Assembly: GCA_964106915.2 (NCBI GenBank)
Contig: OZ066918.1
Origin: Podarcis gaigeae
Taxonomy: Eukaryota
Length of the DNA stretch: 64,000 bases
Reading direction: 5' to 3' (one strand)
Positions 12,996 through 24,277 of the stretch are shown piece after piece. A program made the position numbers and the translations under genes. The notes beneath the pieces were generated by a model. It was not told the DNA's origin, ran no database searches, and saw only the letters and a list, made by a program, of their open reading frames with translations. How positions within the stretch are numbered: position 1 is the first letter of the stretch; every line of letters begins with the position of its first letter.

Positions 12996-13873
12996 CTGCC
13001 AAGACATGAATTCATAAATTACTCCACATTTTTTGACATTACTTGTAGCCAATTGTGTCAAATATAATCTATAATACACAAACCCAACATGTTTCCAGCA
13101 AGTTTAAGGCTTTCTAGGACAAAAGATCTAGAAGACGCATGTCTCTTTCACACTTTTATGGTGACTTCCAGTTGTTCCATTCCTCTCCTGTTCTTCTTAA
13201 TTCTCCCCCTACTGTCTGTGGTGCTCTTTTTCTCTAGTTGAAGCTGTCTACAGATTCCAAAATGTATTTCATCTGGAACAGTTGCTAAGGTGATTCTCAA
13301 TGACATAGCACAGGGCTTGTGGGGCACAGCTATGAATGAGAAGCACAGGAAAAATGAAATAATTCCATTTCCTTCCCTTCCCCCAAATAGCTTGTTACTA
13401 ATGAAAAATGCATGGATTTAACATAAATCCAAGATGAGATATGTATTTATTTACTCATCTATGATGCCAAAAGAAAATGTGACACATTTATAAAAAATGT
13501 TAAACCTTTCCTGTATGTCCAAAGGTTCATGGTGGTGGTGGGGTTAATACTGCTACTATCACCACACCTACTTTATGTTAATATCCGGTATTAACTTGAT
13601 TGGTGCTCACAACTGTTACAGTGTTTTACTTCTCAATGTAAGCAGTTCCAAAGTAGCTGTTTGAGACATTGCATGTACTTTGTCAACAAAAAAATACTTC
13701 CTTATGAGCAAGCTAACAAACAGGTTTATCACTTGATTTCCATCCCCCAAAAATGAATGCATGTTTTTTCTAGGAAGTTGAAAATTTAAATAATTCTCAC
13801 ACTAACATTCATTTTTCAAAGTTGCCTTTTGACATTTCTGGGTAAATACTTAGGGCAGTATCCAAGGCCAATA

Positions 13874-14105
13874 CAGTGGTACCTCGGGTTAAGTACTTAA
13901 TTCGTTCCGGAGGTCTGTACTTAACCTGAAACTGTTCTTAACCTGAAGCACCACTTTAGCTAATGGAGCCTCCTGCTGCTGCTGCTGCCGCACCACTGGA
14001 GCACAATTTCTGTTCTCATCCTGAAGCAAAGTTCTTAACCTGAAGCACTATTTCTGGGTTAGCGAAGTCTGTAACCTGAAGTGTATGTAACCCGAGGTAC
14101 CACTG
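13874..14105. mobile_element. TcMar-Tigger-like MITE
   Basis: Perfect 18-bp TIRs CAGTGGTACCTCGGGTTA / TAACCCGAGGTACCACTG, TA TSD, internal TAACCTGAA repeats. Confidence 0.9.
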
Positions 14106-14460
14106 TATATTAAGCTTACTCTTCTCTGCTCCCCAAAATGATTTAGCTCCATTAAAGCAAAATCTTTAACTAATGAGCAAACTACAAACCAAAGAATGCC
14201 TTGATCTGAATAAAAATCCACCTACTTCCAGTACAAGTGGAAGACCACATTTACATTCCTATGTGCTTTTTTTTTGCACATGTCTAGAGTTTGATGAACA
14301 GATCTTCTTGCGCTAAAGGCCTTTCATGGAAAGTAATAATATTGGCTCTTTACTGAAGTATCTAAAATTCAGTTTCTCAAAGCACATGCCTTTGTATTAA
14401 TATAGACTGGTGACATGCACAGAAGGTAATTCAGCACACTTTAAAAAGTGAAATTAGGCT

Positions 14461-14600
14461 TAGAATCAGAGAGTTGGAAGGGACCCATAGGATCATCTAT
14501 TCCAACCCCCTGCAATGGAGGAAAACACAGCTGTCCCATACAGGAATCAAGCCTGCAACCTTGGCATGATCAGCACCATGCTCTAACCAGCTGAGCTATC
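14461..14600 (-). mobile_element. SINE with tRNA-Ile-derived head and CR1 3' tail (Squam2-like)
   Basis: Minus strand TAGCTCAGCTGGTTAGAGCATGGTGCTGATCATGCCAAGGTTGCAGG...GATTCC is followed by CATTGCAGGGGGTTGGAATAGATGATCC...CCCTTCCAACTC...ATTCTA. Confidence 0.8.
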
Positions 14601-15289
14601 TTCCATGACTTTGGAAAGACACCAATGTTTCAAACTGACCCTAAACATGGGCACACTCCAGCAGTGTAAGACCCACTGACTTCTGTGAGAGTCAAGTTTC
14701 TGCTTATTTCTCCCACTAAAATCAATGGGATCAAAGGGGCAGCTGACTTTATGGGATTCAGCCCCCTTTGCTTAGAGGTCACAAGTCATCCTCTACCTTT
14801 ATGTAGCAGCCAGGGATTTCAACGAGGCTTTTTCAGAACAAGATCTACTAGGACTGCAGCCTCTCTACCTACCATTAAGGGATTAAACCCGCTTGATTCA
14901 ATCTCTGTGTTTACTTAGCAACCATTTACTTCAATGAGGCGTTTAAAAAAACCAAGCATGTTAGGACTGCAGCCTCTCTTTATCTACTTTAAAAAACTTG
15001 TTTAAAAGATCTCCTTTGCAACTGACCGTACCAAAGGTTCACTTTCTTGTGCTTTTGTTTTCTAAAAGGCATGTGGGGTAGTTTTCACTGAAAAGTGGAC
15101 TGGGCTCAGCCAGTCGCCTTTATGGAGCAATTTTGACCAGTTGCTGCTGCTGCCTATTGCCCGAAAGGTTAATAGCGGCCAACGGTTGCCAGGCCATGGC
15201 AATGTGGTTCCTAGGTTACATTCCCACAACACTGGAGGGCAACAACCGAGGGTCAACCAGAGCCCATTATCCCCGGAGTGGCCTAGCAG

Positions 15290-16030
15290 GGGTGATTCAA
15301 CCCTCCGCCCCGAGACAAGCGCCACACACAGAAAGCAGCCGAGCGGGGAGGGAAGCTGGAGCTGGAAGGCGCGCAGGCTGGAGGCGACCGTCCAGGGCAA
15401 GTTTGCGCGCGGCGCCCGGGCTGCTCTGTCCTCGCCTCGGGCCACGCTCACCTCGTCCTCCGAGAGCGCAGGCAAAGGCTCGAAGTCGCAGCACTCCTCG
15501 TCCTCCGCCTGCTGCTGCTCCTCGGCAAAGTCGCCCATGGCTGCTTGCGCGCAGACGCCTCTCCGCCCGAGGAGAGGCCAGTCTAAAGGACCAGAGCTTC
15601 GTCGCTCCTGGCGCAGCGCGCCCCGAAGCCAAGTCCGGGCCGCGAGGCTTCCATCGAGAAGGGCTGCCCTGTGGCTCTCCTCGAACTTTCTTCTGTGCGC
15701 GTCTGTGTCGCGCCCTTCCAGCCACCTTCTCAGCCACGCCGAGTTTGCAGCTCGGAGCCGCCGCCTCCCCGCCCTGTCCGACGAGAGAGCAGGCGGAGGA
15801 GACGAGCGCCCAGGGCAACAGACGCTACTTCGCGCCTCGCCTTCGCCCACCAAGCGACGCCCCGCCTCTCTCCGTCCCAAGAGAAACACACACCCGCCCG
15901 CCCTTGGGATCGATTTGGAACGAAAGGAGGAAACGAAGAACTGGACGGGGACGGGAGTGTTTTGTTTTTAAAGGAGAGGGAACGCCACGTGGAACGCAGC
16001 CCACTTTCTAAAGCTCCGAAGGCGCTTTAC
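15290..16030 (-). promoter_or_regulatory. KNDC1: CpG island / KNDC1 promoter and 5'UTR
   Basis: Sharp GC- and CpG-rich block in a CpG-depleted background, covering exon 1. Contains GC boxes (CCGCCC repeats ~15893-15903), an E-box CACGTG at 15986-15991 and TGCGCGCA at 15546-15553. Confidence 0.85.
15452..15538 (-). CDS. KNDC1: KNDC1 (v-KIND) coding exon 1: MGDFAEEQQQAEDEECCDFEPLPALSEDE
   Basis: ATG at 15538 in strong Kozak context (GCAGCCATGG) inside a CpG island. DFEPLP.L.EDE matches the recalled KNDC1 N-terminus. Ends at GAG|GTGAGC donor (GT 15451-15450); 87 nt, phase 0. Confidence 0.93.
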
Positions 16031-16760
16031 TTGGGCTACAATCCTAGATACATGCGCTAGAGACGAAGGCTGTAATCCTGCTATTTGAGGCAACCTAGGT
16101 TGGAGTCCAAAATCTGTACAGTACTAGGGATTAAGGTCCTATACGATTACCCTGTTATCTGAGGCAGTTTGGGCTCGAATCCTAAATATACGTACTAGGA
16201 AGTGAAGCTGCAATCCTATACCTGGCTATTAAGCCCTTAGAAACACAGAAGCGCGTGCTTAAGTAGGCATGCATGGGATTGCGCTCCGTTGAACTCAAGG
16301 GGGTTTAGTTTCTGGATAAAATTTCCTACAGTTGCACTGATAAGGACTGAATTACTGTATATCCATACAAGTCTGGTCTTGCCCTTAGGCAGAGGGAGGC
16401 TGGAGCTTCAGGGAGCCAATTCCGGTGTCAGGAAAGGGTAATTGTTATTAAATTTATCTTTCCTCTTGGTTTCAATGTATCTATGCGGGGTTTATTTGTC
16501 TTAAGTTTTTTTTGTGGGGGAGATCCCCCATCCTTAACCCAATAAATGAATGAATGTCAGACTCTAGCTAATATTTTCCCAGTCATCCTTCAGGGCATTA
16601 AAATAAAGTTCTGGGCTTCTTGCAAGCCTGTTTTATTTCAGCATGAAGTCTGATGCAAATATGTACCCTAAGGTATAAGGTGTTAATAGGCGAGTTGCAA
16701 CATTGTAGTGAGGCCTGCTTTCTGTAAAAGATCTGGCTGCAGCCTGCAAGGGAAGCTCTG

Positions 16761-16985
16761 CAATGGTACCTCAAGTTACAAATGCTTCAGATTACAAACT
16801 CCACTAACCTGGAAGAGTTACCTTGAGTTGAGAACTTTGCCCCAGGATGAGAACGGAAATTGTGTGCCAGTGGCGCAGCAGCAGCAAGAGGCCCCATTAG
16901 TGAAAGCACGCCTCTAGTTAAGAACAGTTTCAGGTTAAGAATGGACCACCGGAATGAATTAAGTTCATAACTAGAGGCACCACTG
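16761..16985. mobile_element. Older copy of the Tigger-like MITE, inverted relative to 13874-14105
   Basis: Ends CAATGGTACCTC / GAGGCACCACTG; internal CAGGATGAGAAC and AAGAACAGTTTCAGGTTAAG are reverse complements of the 13874 copy. Confidence 0.8.
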
Positions 16986-17004
16986 CATTCTTAAATGTAA
17001 AAGA

Positions 17005-17029
17005 AGCAGCAGCAGCAGCAGCAGCAGCA
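17005..17029. repeat. (CAG)n microsatellite
   Basis: Direct reading. Confidence 0.9.
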
Positions 17030-18849
17030 GGGAAGCCAAGCAACATCACAGTTTTTGCACCTACCTGTGCCCTTGGCAGAGCCAACCTCATCAATGGCTA
17101 GGGATGCCCCTGGAATCTTGCATTGCTTTTGGAGATCGGAGTGGTATGTAACCAACAATTTTCATTGCTCGGGAGGGACAGACCTACTTGCTGGATTTGC
17201 CAAATCAGGTGCCAAAATGTCGTTTCAGCAGCAACATGTCTTGGGCCAACCATGCTGAGCTTTCATATACTTCAAACCAAACTTCGCCAGATGCACAAGA
17301 AGTAGACCCCCTTGGAAAAAAGAATAGAAAAGAAAGTCACTCCACACTAAATAAGAGTTAAACTTCTAAAAGGCTATTGGGCCACTGTGGAGAAATCAGA
17401 ACACTAAAAAGTAAACACTTTTTTGTTGTTGTTCTGGTATCTGCATAGTGACTGGAATAATATTATTCTGACAGTTCAGTCCAATGTGAGTCTATGCAAA
17501 AGGGAGGTGTGTGTAAGATTCCAGTGCATGGAAGAGTAAAACACAGCCCTATGCATGTTTCTACAATGTCATTCAACGGCACTCACTCCTAGCCTTTTGC
17601 TGCAATCTGATGCACTTACCTGGGGCTCACAGCGTGACTTACTTCTAAGCAGACAAGACCAGTTAGGATTGTCAGTAGATGAAATAGGGTAATGGCCCAG
17701 TTCTCATTTCAAGTGACACTACCTGAGCCCCATCCTCTCTAATACTGGCACACTGTTGAAGGCTCTTAATAGTGTTGTAAGCTTCGTTCATTTATGCCGC
17801 AGCAGCCTGTCCTTGGTTGATTTAAAAGCTACAAGAGAATGCTTAAAAGAACAAAGCAGAAAACAGAATACAGCATGTCGTCAACAGTTCAAAAACAAGC
17901 CACAGAAGCTGGTGGCAGAGTGGGTGTGTTGTGTGCTGACTCATTCATTCCCAGACTGTTACACGTGTGTGATGTAAAGACAAAATGCATTTCCATTCAA
18001 AGATTTAATTTGTACAGAAAAGCTGGGGTCCTGTTGCACTCCAGATGCCATCAGACTCCAAGCCAAAATCACCAGCAGTGAAGGATGATGAGAGGTGAAG
18101 TTCACCATCATCAAAGGGCCCCATCTCTACTCTAGAGCCAAGTGGAGAGAAACCCGGGAGAATGGCAACACTAACAGCATTTTAAGGAGGCTTCCCTGAA
18201 AGGCAAAAATAGGGAGAGAGAGAAGAAAACTGGGACTGTCCCCATCTCAGCTGGTTGGGGAACCTTGTAAGCACTGATGCACAAATTTGCTTTCTTCCTC
18301 TTCGCTCCAATAAGGAACAACCAGGAAGGTGGTGCAGGTGGGCCTCTGTTACTGTCCTGGCCTCCCAACACAGTGGGGTGCTGGTGCTTACTGAGAGGCA
18401 GAAGGGAAGGGGCATGGCAATGGAAGCTCAGCACCATGCAAGCACAGCATGGGTGTCGCATCAAGAGTATCAGAATGCCCTTGCCCCTCTCTGTGTTTTA
18501 GATTCTAAGCTTGAGGGCAGGAACTGACTTGCTTTATTGCTTAAGGCTCTCTGGGATCCTTTCCCCAGCCCCTTCTTCTTCTTTTGGTTGTAAAAAAACC
18601 TTTAAATATAAATAAATTTGTCATATTATGCATTAGTTGGAAAGTGCATAACACCACATCAGGTAAGCAAGATGAAACCTTTTCGTTATAAATATTTAAA
18701 TCAACACACATCCCAGAACAAGTCAAGTTGCTGTAAAAAAATAATAACAACTCTGCAGTATATTGGGACAGTTTCTCCTTATTAAATATTGATCCTTGGA
18801 TACTTTCCCTACCTGCAACATTCACTTCTGAAAGGATATATATAAGCAA

Positions 18850-18879
<30 letters not shown>
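18850..18879. repeat. (AAC)n microsatellite
   Basis: Direct reading. Confidence 0.9.
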
Positions 18880-18880
<1 letters not shown>

Positions 18881-19248
18881 CAGATTAGAAATGTTCAGAA
18901 AAACTAGGAACCCTATGCAGCTGTCACCAACATAGAGAACCACAGTGGTAGCTCCCCATCCTGCTGGGAGTAGCTGGGGAGCCTCTACTGTGGCAGCAGG
19001 TGGTAGAGGATTACCTTGGTCTTAACCCTGACCTCCTCCAGCAGCACAGCTCAAGGGGTTAGGGCCAAATTGTTAGGCAGCAGTCTTATGCCCACTTACC
19101 TGTTGAAAGGTTTGAAAGAGAGATCCTGACTCTCCTGTAGCAGAGTTAGCACAATAGTGGTTGATCCAAGCACATTTAAACTTGGTGAGATTTACTGTAC
19201 ATCTGCCCTTATCCACCTTGAAACAAATGTTCCCCATGCAAATACTTA

Positions 19249-19604
19249 AAGGTAAATGTACCCCTGCCCGAAGGCCAGTCATGTCCGACTCTGGGGTTGC
19301 GCGCTCATCTCACTCAAGAGGCCGGGGGCCAGCGCTGTCCGGAGACATTTCTGGGTCACATGGCCAGCGTAACAAAGCTGTGTTTGGCGAGCCAGCACCA
19401 GCGCAGCACACAGAAACGCCGTTACCTTCCCGCTATAAAGCGGTCCCTATTTATCTACTTGCACTTAGGGGTGCTTTCGAACTGCTAGGTTGGCAGGAGC
19501 CGGGACCGAACGATGGGAACTCACCCCACCACGGGGATTTGAATCGCCGAACTCGCGATCAGCAAGTCCTAGGCACTGAGGTTTCACCCACAGCGCCACG
19601 TCCC
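19249..19604 (-). mobile_element. Sauria SINE (Squam1)
   Basis: Minus strand starts GGGACGTGGCGCTGTGGG and ends in an ACCTT tail; 13-bp TSD ATGCAAATACTTA at 19236-19248 and 19607-19619. Confidence 0.9.
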
Positions 19605-19856
19605 ATATGCAAATACTTAGACTAGAATAAATCTCAGATGCTTAGCTGTGCAAACAGGTGAATATTTTACTCACAGAGGTTCCAGAAGTTAACGAAAATA
19701 AGTCTCCATCTGTTGGCAGTAATTTGAAGGTGCAAAAAGGTCCCAAACAACTTAAAAAGAAAAGAACTTAGTGTTAGCAAAGACATAGGCTATAAAATCT
19801 CATTTTTAGAGCAATTCAGTTCACTTGGTTTTTCTTGCAGTTGGGAGCCATTCCAC

Positions 19857-19857
<1 letters not shown>

Positions 19858-19902
<45 letters not shown>

Positions 19903-20451
19903 TTATTATTTATACCCCGCCCATCTGGCTGGGTTTCCCCAGCCACTCTGGGTGGCTTCCAACTGAATATTAAAAACAGTACAGCATCAGACATTAAAAA
20001 CTTCCCTAAAGAGGGCTGCCTTCAGTTGTTTTTAAAAAGTAAAATATAGTTGTTTATTGCTTTGACATCTGCTGGGAGGGCGTTCCACAGGGAGGGCGCC
20101 ACTACCAAGAAGGCCCTCTGTCTGGTTCCCTGTAACCTTACTTCTCGCAATGAGGGAACAGCCAGAAGGCTCTCGGCGCTGGATCTCAGTGTCCAGGCTG
20201 AATGATGGGGGTGGAGACGCTCATTCAGGTATACAGGACCGAGGCCGTTTAGGGCTTTAAAGGTCAGCACCAACACTTTGAATTGTGCTCGGAAACATAC
20301 TGGGAGCCAATGCAGATCTCTCAGAACTGGTGTTATGTGGTCCCGGCAGCCACTCCTAGTCACCAGTCTAGCTGCCGCATTCATTTCCGGGTCACCTTCA
20401 AAGGTAGCCCCACGTAGAGCGCGTTGCAGTAGTTCAAGCGGGAGATAACTA
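19858..20451 (-). mobile_element. L2-clade LINE 3' end with (ATT)n tail
   Basis: NAAARLVT...DHITPVLRDLHWLPVCFRAQFKVLVLTFKALNGLGPVYL is the typical L2 ORF2 C-terminus; microsatellite tail at 19858-19901. Confidence 0.88.
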
Positions 20452-21751
20452 TGGCTTTTTCTTGCTTGTTCCAGAAAGCACGAAGAGACTGAGACGGGAA
20501 GGGAGCCAACAAAAGGCCGCAGAGAGCTGCCTGCGCTCAGGTTAAACCTTTCATGCATGCAAGTGTGAGTCAGTAACTGCATCTTACAACACTTACTTCT
20601 GAGTAAAGAAGTAAAGGATTGCACTGTCAGTCTGTGTTGGATTCAGACTGGATTTAGCTTCAGTATTTTGCTCCCCTGAGATCTCTCAGAATTGAAGTGT
20701 ATGAATGGGTAATGGATTCATCTTGTCTCCAGGTAAATGCATGGGCCTGAATACTAAGGAGCCACACGGTGCACAGCCTGCCATTTCACACACTGCAGTT
20801 GCTGATGTATAATTTGAACAGTTGTGTTTTTCTAGTCTATCTTTACCAAAAGAGCCATCACTCTCTTAGTATTTAAATCAATGGAAGGCACAGGTTACTG
20901 CAGAGTTAATAAATACAGCACACCGATGTAGCATAGAGCCTTTAGCAAAATGTAACAGTGTTTAAGGGAGTCAGGGGATTTAGGTAGTGATCCTTGGTAT
21001 GAGAAGTGGAATATTACAAAGCACACCCCAACTTCTTAATGTGGAATGTTGGAAGGTATATTATTGAGCATTAATCTATCAAACGGCTTTACAGTTCTTA
21101 TCTCCCATTAATCTCTCTTGCTGCATTGTAGAAAACACATTAAATGTTGGTAGCCAAATGCTTTCCCCGATAAAAATGGTTGGATTAGATGAGAACATAA
21201 ACTGGAACATTAAGGTCCATTGTGCAGTCATCCAAAAATTAGACCAGCTCCTGCAAATTCTACTGATTCCATGTACAAAATGGAAGCCAAGCCAGTCAAT
21301 TATTATTAATTATATTTTTCAGCCACTTTTCTCTAACGCATAAACTGCTAGGTTACACATGGATAAAATAAAACTAATATTGCAATAAAATTGTTAAAGA
21401 AACACAGTGCAAATTTGGAGGGGGAAAAAAAGATTCCCACACCAGATGCCGCATTCTCAGTCTTTCAGATAATAAAGATTTGGAGGAAATCCAGCCATTG
21501 TGACAGCACAACAGAGAATGCCCTGTTCCTTATGGTAGACAAACTAGCTGTCAATTGCGATTGCTCACAGAGCAGGGTTTCTTCATAAGATCTAAGGGTG
21601 CATGGAGTTTCATAGAAAAGCAAGCATAATATAGTGGCAAAGAGACTGTTCTACAAATCAATATGTCCCTGATTTCAGTTCAACTAACATGAACTCATGC
21701 AAATCTTTCTCTCTTGAGTAATTACAAAAATATAATGTATGAGAAGCACTT

Positions 21752-22665
21752 TGGCCCATTTGCATGTCCGATTAAAGCATTATTAAACCATGGTTTATTA
21801 TGCAAACCACCATTAAGCCAAATGATGTCCTGCAGATTATTCAATTAACTATGGTTTGTTTCATCATAGTCTGCCTTTCTTCCACCCAGTCTAATTCCCA
21901 CTCTCAGCTGTCTCTCTACTTGACACCCATTAAGTCTCTGTGGCACCCAGATACTGGCATTGCCTAGCCATATTAGCATTTCTCTTTCCACTGGTCACCT
22001 GTGAGAGTGACGGTGTGGGAGTCTTAGCACTTGCCAAAGAAACACCCATACTCATTTGCAGCTTGCAGTTGTTTATCCCTTTTTGCCTACTCTTCCACTC
22101 TGTAACCACACTTTTTCATTTCTCTTTCCCCCAAACAAACAATAGGCTGTTACTGTGAATTATATTTTGACTTTAATAAGCATCACTCTCACTAACTGTC
22201 CCCTAAACCTCAGCTGATGTGGATGGGGTGGGGCAGCAGTTGAAGGACTGCAATACAAATGCACACTTAAGTAGTTTCATCTGTTAGTTGTAAAGACAGT
22301 CAGGCAAGAATGGGAGATTCAGTTTGCATTTAAAGGGAAACAGACCTAATTCACACTTTCTGAAATAATATGCAGGCAGAAATGCAGCCAAGCTAGAACC
22401 GCAATTGTGAACTGAACCGATGTGCAGACAGGGCAGAACTGAGCTGGGGTCAGGGTGGGGAAATGAACCTATTACTGGGCTACATTAGCAGCAACGTCAG
22501 TTTGGGGGGGAAATGCCAACGGGGTGGAATGCTGAGAGCAGCTCCATTTTCTAGCGACTCTTGCCTAGTAGCTTCGTTGCTTGACAGCTGATTTGGGTGA
22601 GGCAATGAAACAAACCACACTCAAGCCATAGTTAAGGAGGTGCCTGCACTGATGTGCAGACTAGG
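21752..22665. mobile_element. Degenerate fold-back DNA element, probably carrying an internal insertion
   Basis: Inverted TGGTTTGTTTCAT (21852-21864) / ATGAAACAAACCA (22605-22617) plus further short inverted matches. Boundaries approximate. Confidence 0.4.
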
Positions 22666-23061
22666 TCAGTGTTGTTCCCTGAGCCTGTTCCATCACAGCA
22701 GCCCAGCCAATTGGTTTCGGAGGCTTCAATTTCATAAGCAAGATACGGCAGAGATAACATAAGAAAAAACCTGAACGGAGGATGTTGGTATGGGGGTGCT
22801 TTTCTCATTAGTTGTGCTTTTTAGTTTAAATTACTGGGGTTTCCCCCCTCTAGTTCATTATAAGAACTTGGCAAGTCTGGTTTCTAGATTGTCTAATCAT
22901 AAACGACTGTACTACATTTTATGGGGGGGACGGGACGCTATTGTAGATGAAAGAGTACACATTTGTTACACTGTAATTAGCAGCGTACTCTATTTTGAAG
23001 AGTTTTGTTTACTGCCGGGTTGTCTGAAGGTGTTCATTTTAATTTAGTTTGGGTGAAACCA

Positions 23062-23113
23062 CAGTAAAAATACTCAGTCCTTTTTGCAGTAAAAATACTC
23101 AGTCCTTTTTGCA
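23062..23113. repeat. Perfect 25-bp tandem duplication
   Basis: CAGTAAAAATACTCAGTCCTTTTTG x2. Confidence 0.9.
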
Positions 23114-23587
23114 TGGTCGAGCCATTCAGTTTCACTTCTTTTAACTTTTATTACAATGGCTCCTCTTTTAATAGCAGTTTCATTAACACCGTCTCTCTGA
23201 AAGCCGTTATTCCTTTCTCTCTCTCTCTCTTTAATTTCTCCCTTTCTCCTGAGCAATTGCATCATTATTTAAGCAGGAGGAAAACATTCTGGCAATGTCT
23301 GACTGCAGCCCTGTGTGAAGCAGCAGTGCGAATGCAGCAGTGAAGAAAGCAAATAATGTCTTGCCGTGCTCTTAACTTCCTGCCATTAAACATGTACACA
23401 CAAGATCCAGGGGCGAAGAAACCGCAGTCCCCATCACCTGTGGCATGCAACCAGCTTCCATTCTACTTACTATTACAGCACTGGAGATTATTTTATATCC
23501 TAAACACCTAACAAGTATGTAAAGACTTCTGAGGCTGCAGTTTTTGTTGCTGTGATTTTCTAATGGAATTCTCCTTGGAGCTCTCTA

Positions 23588-23598
23588 ACAACAACAAT

Positions 23599-23637
<39 letters not shown>
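23588..23637. repeat. (AAC)n microsatellite
   Basis: Direct reading. Confidence 0.9.
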
Positions 23638-23638
<1 letters not shown>

Positions 23639-24277
23639 GAGGAATATAAAGACAGTGCCACAGGCCATTTCATGTAGATTGGTGGTTGACTAAGAGGGAG
23701 GGAGAAGAGTGTGTTTACAAATTACACACCCATCTTTGGATTTAGGCTGGATTTAGGGGAAACCATATTCAATATTCAGAGAACTCCACTTTTTTAATCG
23801 GTGCCTGTTTTCCCACTGTGTGCAAAAGTATACTGAAAGTTGTGTTCTAACCTGGTTTTGGCAGTGGCAAAACTGGGGAACTGAACTCAAATTAGATGAT
23901 GTGGTTTTTTAAAAAATCACAAATATGGAGCCTCCCATGCCCAAACTAGTTCAGAATCAGACAGGTATTCTTTTTAAAATCATCCCATTTGCCTCTTAGT
24001 ATTTTTTTCTGTTATTACTCCTTATTTGTGGAATTAATTGCCAGCTACCGGTAATTTCTTTTTAAATAAGTCCTAGGACTCATAAGATAAGATTGCCTAA
24101 GACTAAAATGCTGTGGTTTTTATTTTAGCATTAGACTTCTCTGCCTCCAGTTTTAATTATTTTGTATTTGTTGCTGTTGTCTAAATTAGATTATATCTCC
24201 CTACCCCTCTACTCCAAGTTCTATACAGTCCAGTGTGCAGTTTTCCTTTCACTCAACAAATACTGAATACTTTTTGT

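Noticed and set aside
14530-14600. tRNA-like sequences here and at 24358-24430, 44440-44500 and 45060-45135
   Set aside because: These are SINE heads with broken stems fused to LINE-derived tails, not functional tRNA genes.
15062-16060. Five long overlapping ORFs (129-292 aa) on both strands
   Set aside because: Stop codons are rare in a GC-rich CpG island; only the 29 codons of KNDC1 exon 1 have homology and splice support.
16146-16159. ATTACCCTGTTATC, 14 contiguous bases of the 18-bp I-SceI site
   Set aside because: The last 4 bases mismatch and there is no vector or intron context; most likely coincidence.
20022-20624. 200-aa ORF
   Set aside because: Chimera of an L2 ORF2 remnant and flanking DNA; not a host gene.
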